Shown in pieces: positions 30,149 through 44,621 of a DNA stretch of 64,000 nt (positions are counted from its first letter, which is position 1; the number at the start of each line of letters is the position of its first letter). The notes below the pieces were generated by a model. It was not told the DNA's origin. It was given only the letters and a program-made list of their open reading frames with translations, and ran no database searches. Source of the stretch: the human T2T-CHM13v2.0 reference genome, Homo sapiens; NCBI RefSeq assembly GCF_009914755.1, contig NC_060930.1; one strand, written 5' to 3'. Made by a program: the position numbers and the translations under genes.

Positions 30149-30844
30149 ATCTCATACCCTTTCCACTCCCTGCATGGTCACCTCAGTCCTGGACATACTT
30201 GTTCACTGAACAAAAGAAAGCAGCTTGTTTTGAAAGAAGAAACTCCCAGGAATTGGAATTCAGCACCTGTTCCGCACGTAATTGGCATGTGTCTGTAAAC
30301 ATCCTTATTCCCAACTTAAAGTGCTTTATTGCAGAGAGTTATGGAAATATAAGTGGATGATTATTCTCATTGTAAATATTGGTATTTTGAATGTTAAATG
30401 TCAAACAAATGTGACTTATGCTGGTGCCCTCGCCCTGCTGATCAGATTCTGGTTCAAATTCTGCCACTCCAGCTCCTGGGTTAGGGGCTTTGCTGTAAGT
30501 TTCTTTTTCTGGACTTTAGATCCTGAACCTGTCCTTGCTTCTCAGTTTCTCTCACTGTACCCCTTTCCCTCAGTCTCTTCCTCTCTCTTTCCCCTGTCAC
30601 TATTTGTCTTTCTAATCTCCTTCTGTTTCTCTGAATATCTTCATTTCTATCTCTGTGTTTCTGTCTATTTCTCTGTTTATCTTTCTGTCCTTCAATCTGT
30701 GTTTTTGTTTCTGGCTCTCCGTCAGTGTCTTTTTCTCTCCTCTCTCTCTTGCTCTGCCATGGCTATTTCCACTGCTCTATTTCTGACTCTCATTTTTGGT
30801 CTCTGTGTGTCTCCTAGTCACTTTCTTTCTCACTCTGTCTCTGT

Positions 30845-30966
30845 CTCTATTTCTGTCTCTCCTCTGCTGTGTCCTCAATCTCTCTGTCTCCCTGAGGCTC
30901 TATTTCTGTCTCTCCTCTGCTGTGTCCTCAATCTCTCTGTCTCCCTGAGGCTCTATTTCTGTCTCT
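30845..30966 (+). repeat. 53-bp perfect tandem repeat x2.3 in PRSS16 3'UTR
   Basis: ctctatttctgtctctcctctgctgtgtcctcaatctctctgtctccctgagg at 30845 and 30898, partial at 30951. Confidence 0.95.
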
Positions 30967-31265
30967 GATGCTCTTCTTCTGTGTCTCTATTTCTCTTCCT
31001 GTCACTTAATCTTTTCCTTCTCTATCTCTCTTATTTAGTCTTCCTTCCACACCCTTCACTCACCATCTTTTCCCACAATCAAATATCACTCCCTGGTACT
31101 TCCAGCTTCCAACTCTAGGGATTCATGATTCTGGTGGAGATTCCTTCTTCCAGGGCCTGGGAGGATAGGGCTAATCCCAAGGGTGCCTGCTTAGGCTATG
31201 TTAGCTGTGACAGGAACCTGCCATAGATTTGCACTGTTCTTTCCTAAAGATCAATTATTTTCAGC

Positions 31266-31271
31266 AATAAA
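31266..31271 (+). terminator. PRSS16 polyadenylation signal AATAAA
   Basis: First canonical AATAAA after the stop codon, followed by a GT/T-rich tract (tttttgtatgtctttgtatg). Confidence 0.8.
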
Positions 31272-31469
31272 TACTTCTCAGCTTTTTGTATGTCTTTGTA
31301 TGCACAGAGATGGTAGTTTTAGAGTTTTATCCAGTTTCATATTTCCTTGTGGGTAAGAGGCAACCTCCTCATGCTGTCATACCAAAGTCAATCTCCACTA
31401 CACTTTAGTTCTGCCTGTTCTTGATCTTTATATAAATGGAAACTTGCAGTATATATTATATGTTTTTGT

Positions 31470-32090
31470 GTCTAGAAGTTTGAAATCAAGGTGTCAGCAG
31501 AGCCATTCTCTTTCTCACAGCTCTAGGGGAGAATCCTTCCTTGCCTTCTAATCCTTCCTTGACCAAAAATGAGAGTCAAAAATAGAGCAGTGGAAATAGC
31601 CAGGGCAGAGCAAGAGAGAGAGGAGAGACAAAGACACTGACGGAGAGCCAGAAACGAAAACACAGATTGAAGGACAGAAAGATAAACAGAGAAACAGACA
31701 AAAACACAGAGATAGAAATGAAGATATTCAGAGAAACAGAAGGAGATTAGAAAGACAAATAGAAAATGCTTCTGTGCTTCTTCTGGCTTCTGGTGTTTGC
31801 CAGCATTCCTGTGTTCCTTGGCCTGTAGATGCATTACTCCAGTCACATGGCCATTTTCCCTGTGTGCCTTCACATCACCTTCCTTCTGCATGTGCCTATC
31901 CATGTGTCCAAATTTCCCCTTTTATGAGGATACCAGTTATCTTGGGCTAGGCCCAGCCTGTTGATCTGATTTTAAGTTGGTTACCTCTGTGAATACCCTG
32001 ATTCCAAATATGATCACAGATTGAGGTACTGGGGATAAGGAGTTCAATATATCTTTTTTGGGGAGAAGATGGGACACAGTTCAACCCATA
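31470..32090. mobile_element. MLT1-type MaLR LTR interrupted by an inverted PRSS16 3'UTR copy
   Basis: gaaatcaaggtgtcagcag...ggggagaatccttccttgcc / cttctggtg...ccttggcctgtagatgcat...gttcaacccata. Confidence 0.75.
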
Positions 32091-33447
32091 CCACCACCAA
32101 CATGATAACAAGTGAAGGCTATTTATTCAGCACTTGCTATACCAAGAGAATCCACCATCATCACTTGTGTTTGGCAGAGACTCACAACAGGCAGAGGAGT
32201 GGGAAAGCGCTATAGTGGAAAAAAGAGAAGGTTCTAGGTATGCCTTAACTGGAAGCTGTGGCATGGGGAAGCTGTGGGCAGGCTAACTAGAAGAGGGGCA
32301 TCATATGTGATTGGTTGGGAGTACATGTATGGCTTTCCCTCATTGGTCCTTAGTTGAAAGCAAGAACAAAAATTAAGGAATTGTGAGTTATTATATTTAG
32401 TAAGTGCTGGCCATTTGGAGCCAATCGGTACAGGGGTATTATTGTTTGTCTTCCTCTACTGTTTGCTACAGATAGCAGCTTGACTTCCTGGACTGGTTAC
32501 TGTAATAGTAGGTTGGCTTTCTGGGCTGGTTACTGCAGGTTGTAGGTCAGAAGTCTACTTTTACTTTTAGTTTGGCCATTATCCATTTGTATATTCAATT
32601 CTCAACCTTTGTCTGTTGGATCTCATGTGGCTTGGGGATTGCTCTCTAAGTTCAGGGAGTTTACAAGTCTACTGTGCATTCAGCCAGAGACAGTAACCTT
32701 TCTGGTCTTTTCTGAGCAAGCCCACCCTTATGCATGTATTCAGTCTTCCAGATCGCCAGAGATGAGTGGGTGGTCTCGATGACTGTGCATATGCACAAGG
32801 GTAGGGTGCCCTTCAGCCATCCCTAGATGTCATTTTTAAATTTCTGGTAGATTTCTAAATTAAATATATTAACTTGCATGCTTCTGTTAGTATCCTTGAG
32901 CTGTCAGCTTTCCCTGATTACTCTTCACTGTGACCTCTATTTTCAGCATTGCCCTTAGGCCAGATTTTTCCATGTTCTACTCCAAATAAAGTCAACCCCT
33001 TCACGCAGGGGCCCCAAGCAGCCAGTCGTGAAGGTTTGCCATACCTACTAGGGCAGAACCTCTTTAACACAGAGTTGGAGCTTTAGGGAAGTGGGAATAG
33101 AAGCCACCAGTCCTTCCTGTCCTCATGGCCTACTCTGGCCCTCTTGGAGTGGAACTGCCTTGCCAAGGAGTAGGAGTGGGGCTCACAGGAGCAATGAGAG
33201 TTACTGGTCCTCACAGACTACCCTTCATGTCTAGAGTGAGACTTCTACAACATGTTGGGAAGGGGAGAGATGGGTGCAACCCCTGGCTTAAGTGCCGCAG
33301 ACTTCCATGGTCTCTACCAATACTCACTAAGTGATTTTCAATATTTTGTAGAAATTTGGTCAATTTCCAGAGACTTTAAATGGAAATCTTACCTGTACCT
33401 GGGATAAGTGAGTTACCGTACTTGTAGAATGTGGGAAGTTACTTTTA

Positions 33448-33799
<352 letters not shown>

Positions 33800-34177
33800 T
33801 GCAAAACTAGACTCTTATAGCTTGCAGATGAGAACGATGAAATCTCAGATGATTGAGCATCTCACAGAAACAAAGGCAATAAAACTCATATTTAAACCTA
33901 CTCATCTAAATTTATGTTCAAAGCTTTTATTTCACTACTAGGGCTGTAATGTGGCCTGGAACACATGGCATGTATGTGTGTGCATATGTGTGTGTGTTGG
34001 CCAAAGAGGTTGGAGGAATTTTTTGATACAAGGTCAAGCACTCTCAAAAATTAAAATTCCTAACTAATGCTGTAGTTATGGGTCTTCTGCCAACCAAATT
34101 CAAGACTATCATTTCTCCTTAGGAAAACCTGCCTGGTGGTACATGCCTTTGTTAACATCAAATTCGTTAAAATTAAA

Positions 34178-34179
<2 letters not shown>

Positions 34180-34220
<41 letters not shown>
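34180..34220. repeat. (AC)n microsatellite
   Basis: About 20 units. Confidence 0.95.
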
Positions 34221-34222
<2 letters not shown>

Positions 34223-34290
34223 GCATCCCTCCTGAATTAAACATTTTTCTGCAGCCACTGGGAATCAACTCCAACCATCCCCAGGAGCAG

Positions 34291-34584
34291 TTTTGTTTTT
34301 GTTTTTTGAGACGGAGTCTCACTCTATCACCCAGGCTGGAGTGCAGTAGTGGATCTCGGGTCACTGCAACCTCTGCTGCCCGGGTTCAAGCAATTCTGCC
34401 TCAGCCTCCCGAGTAACTGGGATTACAGGGGCCTGCCACCATGCCCAGGTAATTTTTGTATTTTTTAGTAGAGACGGGGTTTCACCTTGTTGGCCAGGCT
34501 GGTCTTGAACTCCTGGACCTCGTAATCCACCCACCTGGCCTCCCAAAGTGCTAGGATTACAGGCGTGAGCCACCGTGCCCGGCC
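34291..34584 (-). mobile_element. Alu
   Basis: Alu consensus; TSD gcagtttt. Confidence 0.9.
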
Positions 34585-34867
34585 CGGGGGCAGTTTTAAA
34601 CATTATCTCCATAGCCAGAGTAAAAGGGCAGGCTGCTCTGCACCTGGCAGGGCCAAGGTGTCTCCTGCCTCCCTCCTCTGAATTTGCCCAACTTGAGCCT
34701 CAATGCCTACACCTTTTCCCAAATCTTGATGTTTCTCTTAAGGGAAATGCCCCTGACTCTGGATGCGCCCTGGCCTCGAGTTCCTCCTGGCATTGATTTG
34801 GGGGTCTTGGTCGTGCCCGGAGACAGGGAGAACTCAGAGTTCTGGAGAGAGGCCGTCTCCACCTGCT

Positions 34868-35131
34868 GGATTACCTGAGGTCAGGAGTTCAGGACCAGCC
34901 TGGCCAACATGGTGAAACCCCGTCTCTACTAAAAAATACAAAAATTAGCTGGGCGTGGTGGCGGGCGCCTGTAATCCCAGCTACTCGGGAGTCTGAGACA
35001 GGAGAATTGCTTGAACCCAGGAGGCGGAGGTTCAGTGAGCGAGGTCGCGCCATTGCACTCCAGCCTGGGCGACAAGAGCAAAATTCCGTCTCAATAAATA
35101 AATAAATACAAAAAACAAAAACAAAAATAAA
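34868..35131 (+). mobile_element. 5'-truncated Alu
   Basis: Alu consensus from ggattacctgagg. Confidence 0.85.
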
Positions 35132-35767
35132 ACCCATCTGCCCAGGCACATTTAGGGTCGCGGTGACCGGAGAACCACCCCGAGTCCAGGCGGCGAGAGG
35201 CTGCAAATTCCCTGGTTCCGAGGCCTCAGGGAAGAGCCCACTTGCCGGGCGAGCGTCTCCAAGAGTGAAAAGGAATCCGCACCCCGCGCGAGGGAGCCGG
35301 GTCCTGTGAACTCTGCGGTGGCTTCGTGGTTGCTTCCCTGATCCATTCGCTGCAGTCTCAGAGTCGGAGCAGCTTGGCGTTTACTCCCGGGCCTTTCCCG
35401 GATGGGAGAAGGAACCTGCGCGGGAACTTGAATTTTTTCGAGTCAGAATCAGCAAGTTGTTGTTGTTTGAGACCAAGTGAGCCACCGCACCCAGCCAAGA
35501 ATCGGCTGTTTAAGAAAGACTAGGTTTCCACGTAAGAAGCAGGGTTCTCTGGGCCAAATGTTGACCTTTTCTCTTTTCTTTTTTCTATCTTCTTGATGAA
35601 GAGAATGCAATAGGAAGAATGTGAAGATTTTTAAAAATTGTTTTTGGTTGTTTCACGTTTGGGGATTTTTTTTCCCTGCAAGGAAAAAAAGAGTTAAAGA
35701 GAACAGAGAAAAAAATCATTTTGTTATCCTTTGCATATAGCGAAGGGGCCACAATTCTCGTCCCGCC

Positions 35768-35842
35768 GGCCGGTTAGCTCGGTTGCTTAGAGTGTTGTGT
35801 TAATTACGCTAAAGGTCGTGGGTTTGATCCTCTTACCGGCCA
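35768..35842 (+). pseudogene. Degenerate tRNA-Ile(AAT) pseudogene
   Basis: GGCCGGTTAGCTCGGTTGCTTAGAGTGTTGTGTTAATTACGCTAAAGGTCGTGGGTTTGATCCTCTTACCGGCCA; A-box GG lost, B-box GTTTGA. Confidence 0.85.
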
Positions 35843-35975
35843 CATGAGGAGAATTAGTTCTTTACCACTTTTGTTGATCACATCTCCTGTGAATTCTGCT
35901 TCCAGTTTCTCCGAAAGTAAGCTCTATATCGCCACTACTGAACTGGAAACACAGTCTTTCAAAAGAAGAAATGTG

Positions 35976-36291
35976 GGCTAGGGCGGTGGCTCACGCCCGT
36001 AATCCCAGCCCTTTGGGAGACCGAGGTGGGCGGATCACTTCAGTTCAGGAGTTCGAGACCAGCCTAGCTAACATGGTAAAATCTCCGTCTCTACTAGAAA
36101 TACAAAAATTAGCCGGGCGTGGTTGCGAGCGCCTGTAATCCCAGCTACTCGGGAGGCTGAGACAGGAGAATCGCTTGAACCCGCGGGGGGGAGTGGGGGG
36201 GGGGCGGCGCGCAGAGGTTGCAGAAAGCCAACATCGTGCCACTGCACTCCAGCCTAGCTGATAAGAGCGAAAAAAAAAAAAAAAAAAAAAA
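35976..36291 (+). mobile_element. Alu with G-rich insertion
   Basis: Alu consensus; G-runs 36185-36204. Confidence 0.85.
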
Positions 36292-36485
36292 GAAGAGGTA
36301 ACATGTGAGAGCTAAGACGGAGGCCTTCATTTTTGTTTTTAAGTAAAATTGAGTAAGGTAAGGCGTGTGTGCTAAGGGAAGGGGAACTAGCGTTAAACAA
36401 TTTCCAGTTTTGTTTTAGACAAAACTTTCTGAAACATCGTTTCACATTAAACTTGTGAAAGACAAAAAAAGATTCTATTTGCTGT

Positions 36486-36535
36486 GGCTGGTTAGCTCAA
36501 CTGGTTAGAATTCGGTCATAGATTCCCGTTTGTCC
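36486..36535 (+). pseudogene. Internally deleted tRNA-Ile relic
   Basis: GGCTGGTTAGCTCAACTGGTTAGAA then GGTCATAGATTCCCGTTTGTCC; anticodon arm missing. Confidence 0.6.
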
Positions 36536-36902
36536 CTGCCTAAGAACACTTTGTGGTCTCGCAAGTCCTCTCCAAGATTTAACAACGTCCCCAATAAATC
36601 TGTAGAATCCGATGGCTATTCCCTCACAGTTTAGGTCTTTGCTTTTATTTCCATCTTCATACATAGAAAATTGGCCTATGTGAATTGTCTCCATCTGAGA
36701 AGAAATTGTAAAGCCATCTGCACTTCCAATCACTTCCACACTTGGGTTTTCACCGGATCACATGAAATAGGATTTTTAAATGACATATGTGAACAATTTT
36801 CATTAACATCAACACACTAGGAAAAAAAAACAAAAGAAACCAAAAACTTCATTTTAAACTGAAATGACATGTAAAAGCCATTATTTTGTAAACGTCTAAT
36901 TA

Positions 36903-37693
<791 letters not shown>

Positions 37694-38309
37694 ATCTCTT
37701 TTTATAAAAGAACACATCGTGTTGCAATTTGCCTTCATCACTTCACATTGTAACTTGGAATCACTATTTTATCAGTATTTAAAAATCTAGCTAATAACAC
37801 TTTACAGTTGGCAAAATCAGAGCTCATTTTCAAAAGAGTTGGCATATTAAGCAGAAGTTGAACCTGAAATGTTCTGTTTGCATCATTGAAGGAGGGAATG
37901 CATACAAGAAGGAAACTTTGAGAAACTTCAAAGTCGGAGAGATGATGACAGCTATAGTTTTCTGCTGCAAAGGAGGACAACACATTTTCTGCCTAACAGC
38001 ATAAAATCGTACATGAATATGTATTAATTTAGCAAATATTTACTGATTTCTCCACTCTTTAGAATGCAATAATTAGTTGTTATTCTATGTCTGGTAGTTG
38101 CTGATGAGATATTGTTATGTGGAAAAAACAGAATCCAAAACAGTTTTGCAAGATTATGATTTTTAGTTTAAAAAAAACTGTATTATGGGATGATTTATAT
38201 ATGATAACGTGTACAATTTGATGTTTTGGCATATTTATACATACATGTAACAACTACCACAATCAAAGTAGAGAACATTTCCATGATCCTAAAAAGTTCC
38301 CTTGTGGCC

Positions 38310-39025
<716 letters not shown>

Positions 39026-39029
39026 TGCC

Positions 39030-39419
39030 CTTTCCCAGTCAGTCACACTCCGACCACACAATTTCCAGTCAACTATAGGCCCTTTCCATCATGATGGTTT
39101 TGCCTTTTCTGGAATTTAATCTAAATGGATTAAATTATATGCTATGTACTCTAGTTCCTGGTTTTTGCTCAGAACATTTTTGAGATTCATTCATGTTGTT
39201 GCACATATCAGTAATTTATTCCATTTATTAGCACTTTATTGGTAAAATGTATTCTATTTGTACAGACATGCCACAATTTGTTTTTCCATTCATGTGTGGG
39301 TGAACATTTTTATTATTTTCACATTCTAGCTATTATAAATAGGGCTGCTGTGCAAATTTGTGTAACAAGTCTTTGTGTAGACATATATAAGCCAGAGTTC
39401 TTCAGAAACAGAAAACCAA

Positions 39420-39459
<40 letters not shown>

Positions 39460-41605
39460 GTGTGTGTAGACAGTGATTTTAAGGAATGGACTTACATGAT
39501 TGTAGAGTCTGGCCAGTTCAGATTCTGCACGGTATGCCAGCAGGCTGGAAACCCAGGAAAAAGTTAATGTGGCAGCTAAAACTCAAAGGCTGTCTGCTGG
39601 CAAAAGTCCCTCTTCCTAGGGAGAGAAGTTAGTCTTTTTTCTCTTAAGTATTTTTCAACTGATAGGAAGCAATCTGCTTTACTCAAAGTGTACTGAATTA
39701 AATGTTAATCTCATCCAGAAGTACCTTCACATCAACGTCTAAACTAGTGTTCGATCAAATATCTGAATACTATGAGCTAGCCATGTTGACACGAAAAATT
39801 AACCATTGCATATGTTTTCACTTCTTTTCCAGGAAATACCTAGGAATGGAATCGCTGGTCATTTAGTAAGTGGGTGTTTAACTTTATAAGAAGCTACCAG
39901 TGTTTTCCAAAGTGGTGGTTCACTTTACATTCCAAAAAGCATTATATGAGAGTTCCAGTTGTACAACCTCCTCAGCATTTGTTATTGTCAGACTTAATGT
40001 TTATGCAAAGATATCCTATGACATCTTTGCCTATTTCATAATCATGATTTTCTCCTATATTTCCTTCTCAGAGATTTATAAATTAGCACTTTTGTTTAGG
40101 CCTATGATCTATTTTCAGTTAATTTTTTTATGTATTCTAAAATAAGGATCAAAGTTAATTTTTTTCCATATGGCTATCTCCTTGTTTCTGCACCATTTTT
40201 GAAAAGACTATCCTTTCCTCATAAAGTACATAGGCACTTTTGTTGAAAGTAAATTTATTATACATGTACATCTATTTTTGGAGTCCCTATTTTATTCCAT
40301 TAATCTATATGACTTTCCTAATTATACTTTAATTTGCAGGCCAGTTAGGATGGCTATTATCAAAAACCAGAAAATAAATTGGTAAGGATTTATTGGTAAG
40401 GAACTTTATGTATTGCTGGTGGAAATGAAAAGCAGAGCAGCCACTGTGGAAAACAGTAAGATTCCTCAAAATTTTCTTTTCTTTTTTTTTTTTTGACAGA
40501 GTCTTGCTCTGTCCCCCAGGCTGGAGTGCAAGGCGCGATCTCAGCTCACTGCAACCTCCGCCTCCTGAGTTGAAGCAATTCTCCTGCCTCAGCCTCCTGA
40601 GTAGCTGGGACTACAGGCGCACGCCGCCATACCTGGCTAATTTTTTTCGTATTTTAGTAGAGACCAGGTTTCATTGTGTTGCCCAGGCTGGTCGCAAACT
40701 CCTGAGCTCAGGCAATCTGCCCACCTTGGCCTCCCAAAGTGCTGGGATTACAGGCATGAGCCACTGCACCCTGCCAATCCTCAAACTATTAAATGTAGAA
40801 TTACCATATGATCCAGCAATTCCATTTTTGCATATATATCCAAAATAAATTAAAACACGGGCTCAGATTCATAGCAGTGTTATTCACAATAGCCAAATAT
40901 CCATCAACAGATTAATGGATAAACAAAATGTGGTATACACACAATGGAATATTATTCAGCCTTGAAAGGAAATTCTGGCTGGGCACAGTGGCTCATGCCT
41001 ATAATCCCAGCATTGTGGGAGGCCCAGGTGGGTGGATCACCTGAGGTCAGGAGTTCAAGACCAGCCTCACCAACATGGCGAAACCCCGTCTCTACTAAAA
41101 ATACAAAATTAGCGGGGTGTGGTGGCTCATGCCTGTAATCCCAGCCGGAGGCTGAAGCAGGAGAATCGCTTGGACCCAGGAGGCGGAGGTTGCAGTGAGC
41201 CAAGATAACACCATTGCATTGCACTCCAGCCTGGGCAACAAGAGCAAAACTCAGTCTCAAGAAAAAAAAAAAAAGGAAATTCTGACACATGCTAAAACAT
41301 GAATGAACCTTGAAGACATTATGCTAAGTGAAATAAACCAATCACAAAAAGATGAATATTTTATATTCCATTTATATAACGTACCAAAGTAGTACAATTT
41401 ATAGAGAGATAAAGTGGAATGGTGGTTTCCAGGGGACTAGAAAGAGGCAAGGATGTGGAGTTAGTGTTTAATAAGTACAGTTTCACTTGGAAAAGATGGA
41501 AAAGTTCTAGAGACAAATGGTGATAATGGTTGTACAACAATGTAAATGTACTTAATGCCACAGAACTGAGCACTTAAAAATGGCTAAGATGGTAAATTTT
41601 ATATT
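39030..41605. mobile_element. L1M fragments with MLT2 (about 39390-39810) and Alus (40471-40775 -, 40977-41273 +)
   Basis: L1 3'UTR signatures on both strands; MLT2 ttcttcagaaacagaaaaccaatag(tg)n...ttgacacgaaaaattaaccat. Confidence 0.7.
39422..39467. repeat. (GT)n microsatellite
   Basis: Direct. Confidence 0.95.
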
Positions 41606-42024
41606 ATGGTTGCTTACATAATAAAATAATTACACACCAGAGACCTATGACATATGTATTAGCCACATTTTTAAAAATGATAAAAGTGTAACACCTTATT
41701 AGAGACTGACTCAGGTACCTACAGCAAGTAATAGGTGGAGTTGTCAGTAGCCTCTCAAACTCAGGTGTTTGATGGTCCCTGGCTAACACCCAAGGGTTAC
41801 CTCTGTATTTATAACACATCATCACTTTAGTTATGGATAGAAAAATGCTTAAAGCTGTCTCCATATGTCTCTCATTTTCTACCCTCTCTTTTTGCACTGC
41901 ACTTGGCCTGTGGTCTGGGTGTGAGGTCCACATTCCTTCTGAGAACTCATAGACCAGCACTCTGAGCTCTTCCAACCCCCTTCTCCTATATTTCAGCCTC
42001 CAGGCTCAAATCCTCATTTACTGA

Positions 42025-42348
<324 letters not shown>

Positions 42349-44621
42349 CTGATCTTTCTTTAATCATTCTTTTAAAAATGATGGATATCTTAATGGTTTC
42401 CTTCTTTTCTTTCCTCCTTTCTTTGGTTTTATTTTATTTTATTTTATTATTTTATATTTTGAGACAGGATCTCTGTCACCCAGGCTGAAATGGTTTCTTA
42501 TAGGAAATAATCTTTGGAGCCTCTCTGAACCCACTCCACTACCATACAGAGATAATTTTATTAAGTTTGGATTATATCCTTTCAACCCTTATCTACATCT
42601 ATGTGAAATTATCTACATATTTGTAATTATATTTTTGCATAAATAAAGCCCAATAGACATGATGTTATGTGTTCCTTAAACTTAATATGTCTTGGACACA
42701 TTTCAAACACACTTATACCTAAAGGTCTGCCTTATCTTAGCTATTTGATTCTATAGCGTAGCATAATTTATTTAACTAGACCTCATTTGTTGGGCATTCA
42801 GGTGGTTCCTACTTTCTCTCTCTCATAAAGAAGTTTCACACGCCTCCCGCTCCTCCTGTTGTGTGACCGCTACGCGCGCCGCTACCGTGCTCTCCCGGCT
42901 CCAAGCGCAGACCAAGAGGTCCGCTGCCAGCAAGGCTGCTCTCCGCGTGCCGCAAAAGGATCTCAGAGTAAAGACGATCTTAAATTCGATATGTGAAGTT
43001 GATTCCCATGGAAACCTCGTCATCCTCTCATGACAATTATGACAGCTTTGCTTCTGATAATTTTGCAAACACGAGGCTTCAGTCAGTCCAGGAAGGCTGC
43101 GGGACCAGCAGCCAGTGCAGACACTCTGGACTTCTCAGGCAGGCGATGAAGTTTCCAGGGCGAAACACCAGGGGAGCAGCCAATAAAAAAGCAGAGTACC
43201 CCAAACCCTCAAGGAATTCTATGACTGGTTCCAATTCCGATTCAGAAGATGAAAGTGCCATGAATTTGTTTTGTTTTGTTTTGTTTTGTTTGAGGAAAGG
43301 GCTTGAAATATAAAGCAAAACAAAGCAATGCTTGTAAAACGCATGTCAGTATTAGAAGCTTCTCTGGTTTGTTCCCCGGAAGACATTCCCCGCCAGGCCC
43401 CAACTCACAATCAAGGAGACCCCAAGGTAAACATTCCTGGATGTTTCTTCAAGGAGACATTCTGAATGGAGAGAGCTCGGCCTCTTAGAGGTCAAGGTCA
43501 GGATCCTCGGGTCCCTTGGCGCTCTACCTACGGAAGAGAAGGAAGAAAAGACAGAGGCTAAGTACATGTTGGTGAGAAAGAGGAAGATTGTGGACGGCTA
43601 CATGAACGAAGTTGAGATGCTCAGAAATCGTCCCGCCAGATCACCCATGATCCTTCCACATATAATTCGGCCACCGGAAGAAATTACAGAGGAAGGTTTG
43701 GAGAACATCTGCAGCAACTCTCAAGAGAAGATATATAACCGTTCGCTGGGTTCTATTTGTCATCAATGCCGCCAGAAAACTATTGTTATCAAACAAACTG
43801 CAGAAACCCAGACTGTTGGGGCTTTCAAGGCCTGTTCTGCGGCCCCGACCTTAGAAACCCTTGTGGTGAAGAGGTCAGGAATACTCTGCTGGATGCGAAC
43901 TGGCATTGTCCGCCTTGTCGAGGCCGTGCAACTGCAGTTTCCGCTCGCAGCGAGATAGACTGTGGGAAACTGGGGTCCTTGAATATTTAGCCAAATACAA
44001 TGGCTTTGGGAATGTGCATGCTTACTTGAAAAGTCTGAAACAGGAATTTGAAATGCAAGCATAATATTGGAAAATTCACTGCCTGTCTTCCACTTCTCAA
44101 ATCTCTCTTGCTGAAGTTTTCAATTTTGTCATTGCTTGAAACCTGAATTAAGAATCTTGGTGATCAGTCTGTTTTATAAGAAACTTCCATCAAGAAGCAA
44201 AACAAGAACAAAAACAAAAACAAAAAAAAACCTTCCATCAAGAATCTTGACAATCAGCCTCTTTATAAGAAGCTCCAATCAAGATAAATCTCAGTAGAGA
44301 CATGTGTTTCTGGAGCATCACTAAACGAATATTGCTGGCTATACTTTCCCCTCCTACAGTTTTCTCCTCTGCTCCCCACAACCTCCAATTCATAGTACCC
44401 TTTTCTCTTTCCAATGGTCCTCTCCCCCTGCTTAGTTTCTGAAGTCTTTTTAAATGACAATTTTATGAAAGCATATTTGATTTAGTTGCAGTTGAAATAG
44501 CCCTGCAGTCCACTCATGAAACCTAAGCACTTAAAAACACAGTAGTAGTATTAATTAACTATATCTATTGAATTTCAGAGAACAGCCCTCTAACTTGTTT
44601 ATGCAAAAACAATGGGTATGT

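Larger units (their letters stand above)
30600..31762. repeat. 202-bp inverted repeat (30600-30801 vs 31561-31762)
   Basis: 6 mismatches, no gaps, counted by eye. Confidence 0.95.

Noticed and set aside
30282-30968. 228-aa ORF, with a similar peptide in the minus-strand ORF 31523-31903
   Set aside because: CT-rich 3'UTR lacking stops by composition; the shared peptide just reflects the 202-bp inverted repeat.
33386-33410. U1 snRNA-like start (atcttacctg)
   Set aside because: Similarity ends after about 10 nt.
43566-43990. ATG-initiated ORF with CDCA7 zinc-finger start as a functional retrogene
   Set aside because: Frameshift after CHQCRQKT and lost cysteines break the zf-4CXXC domain.
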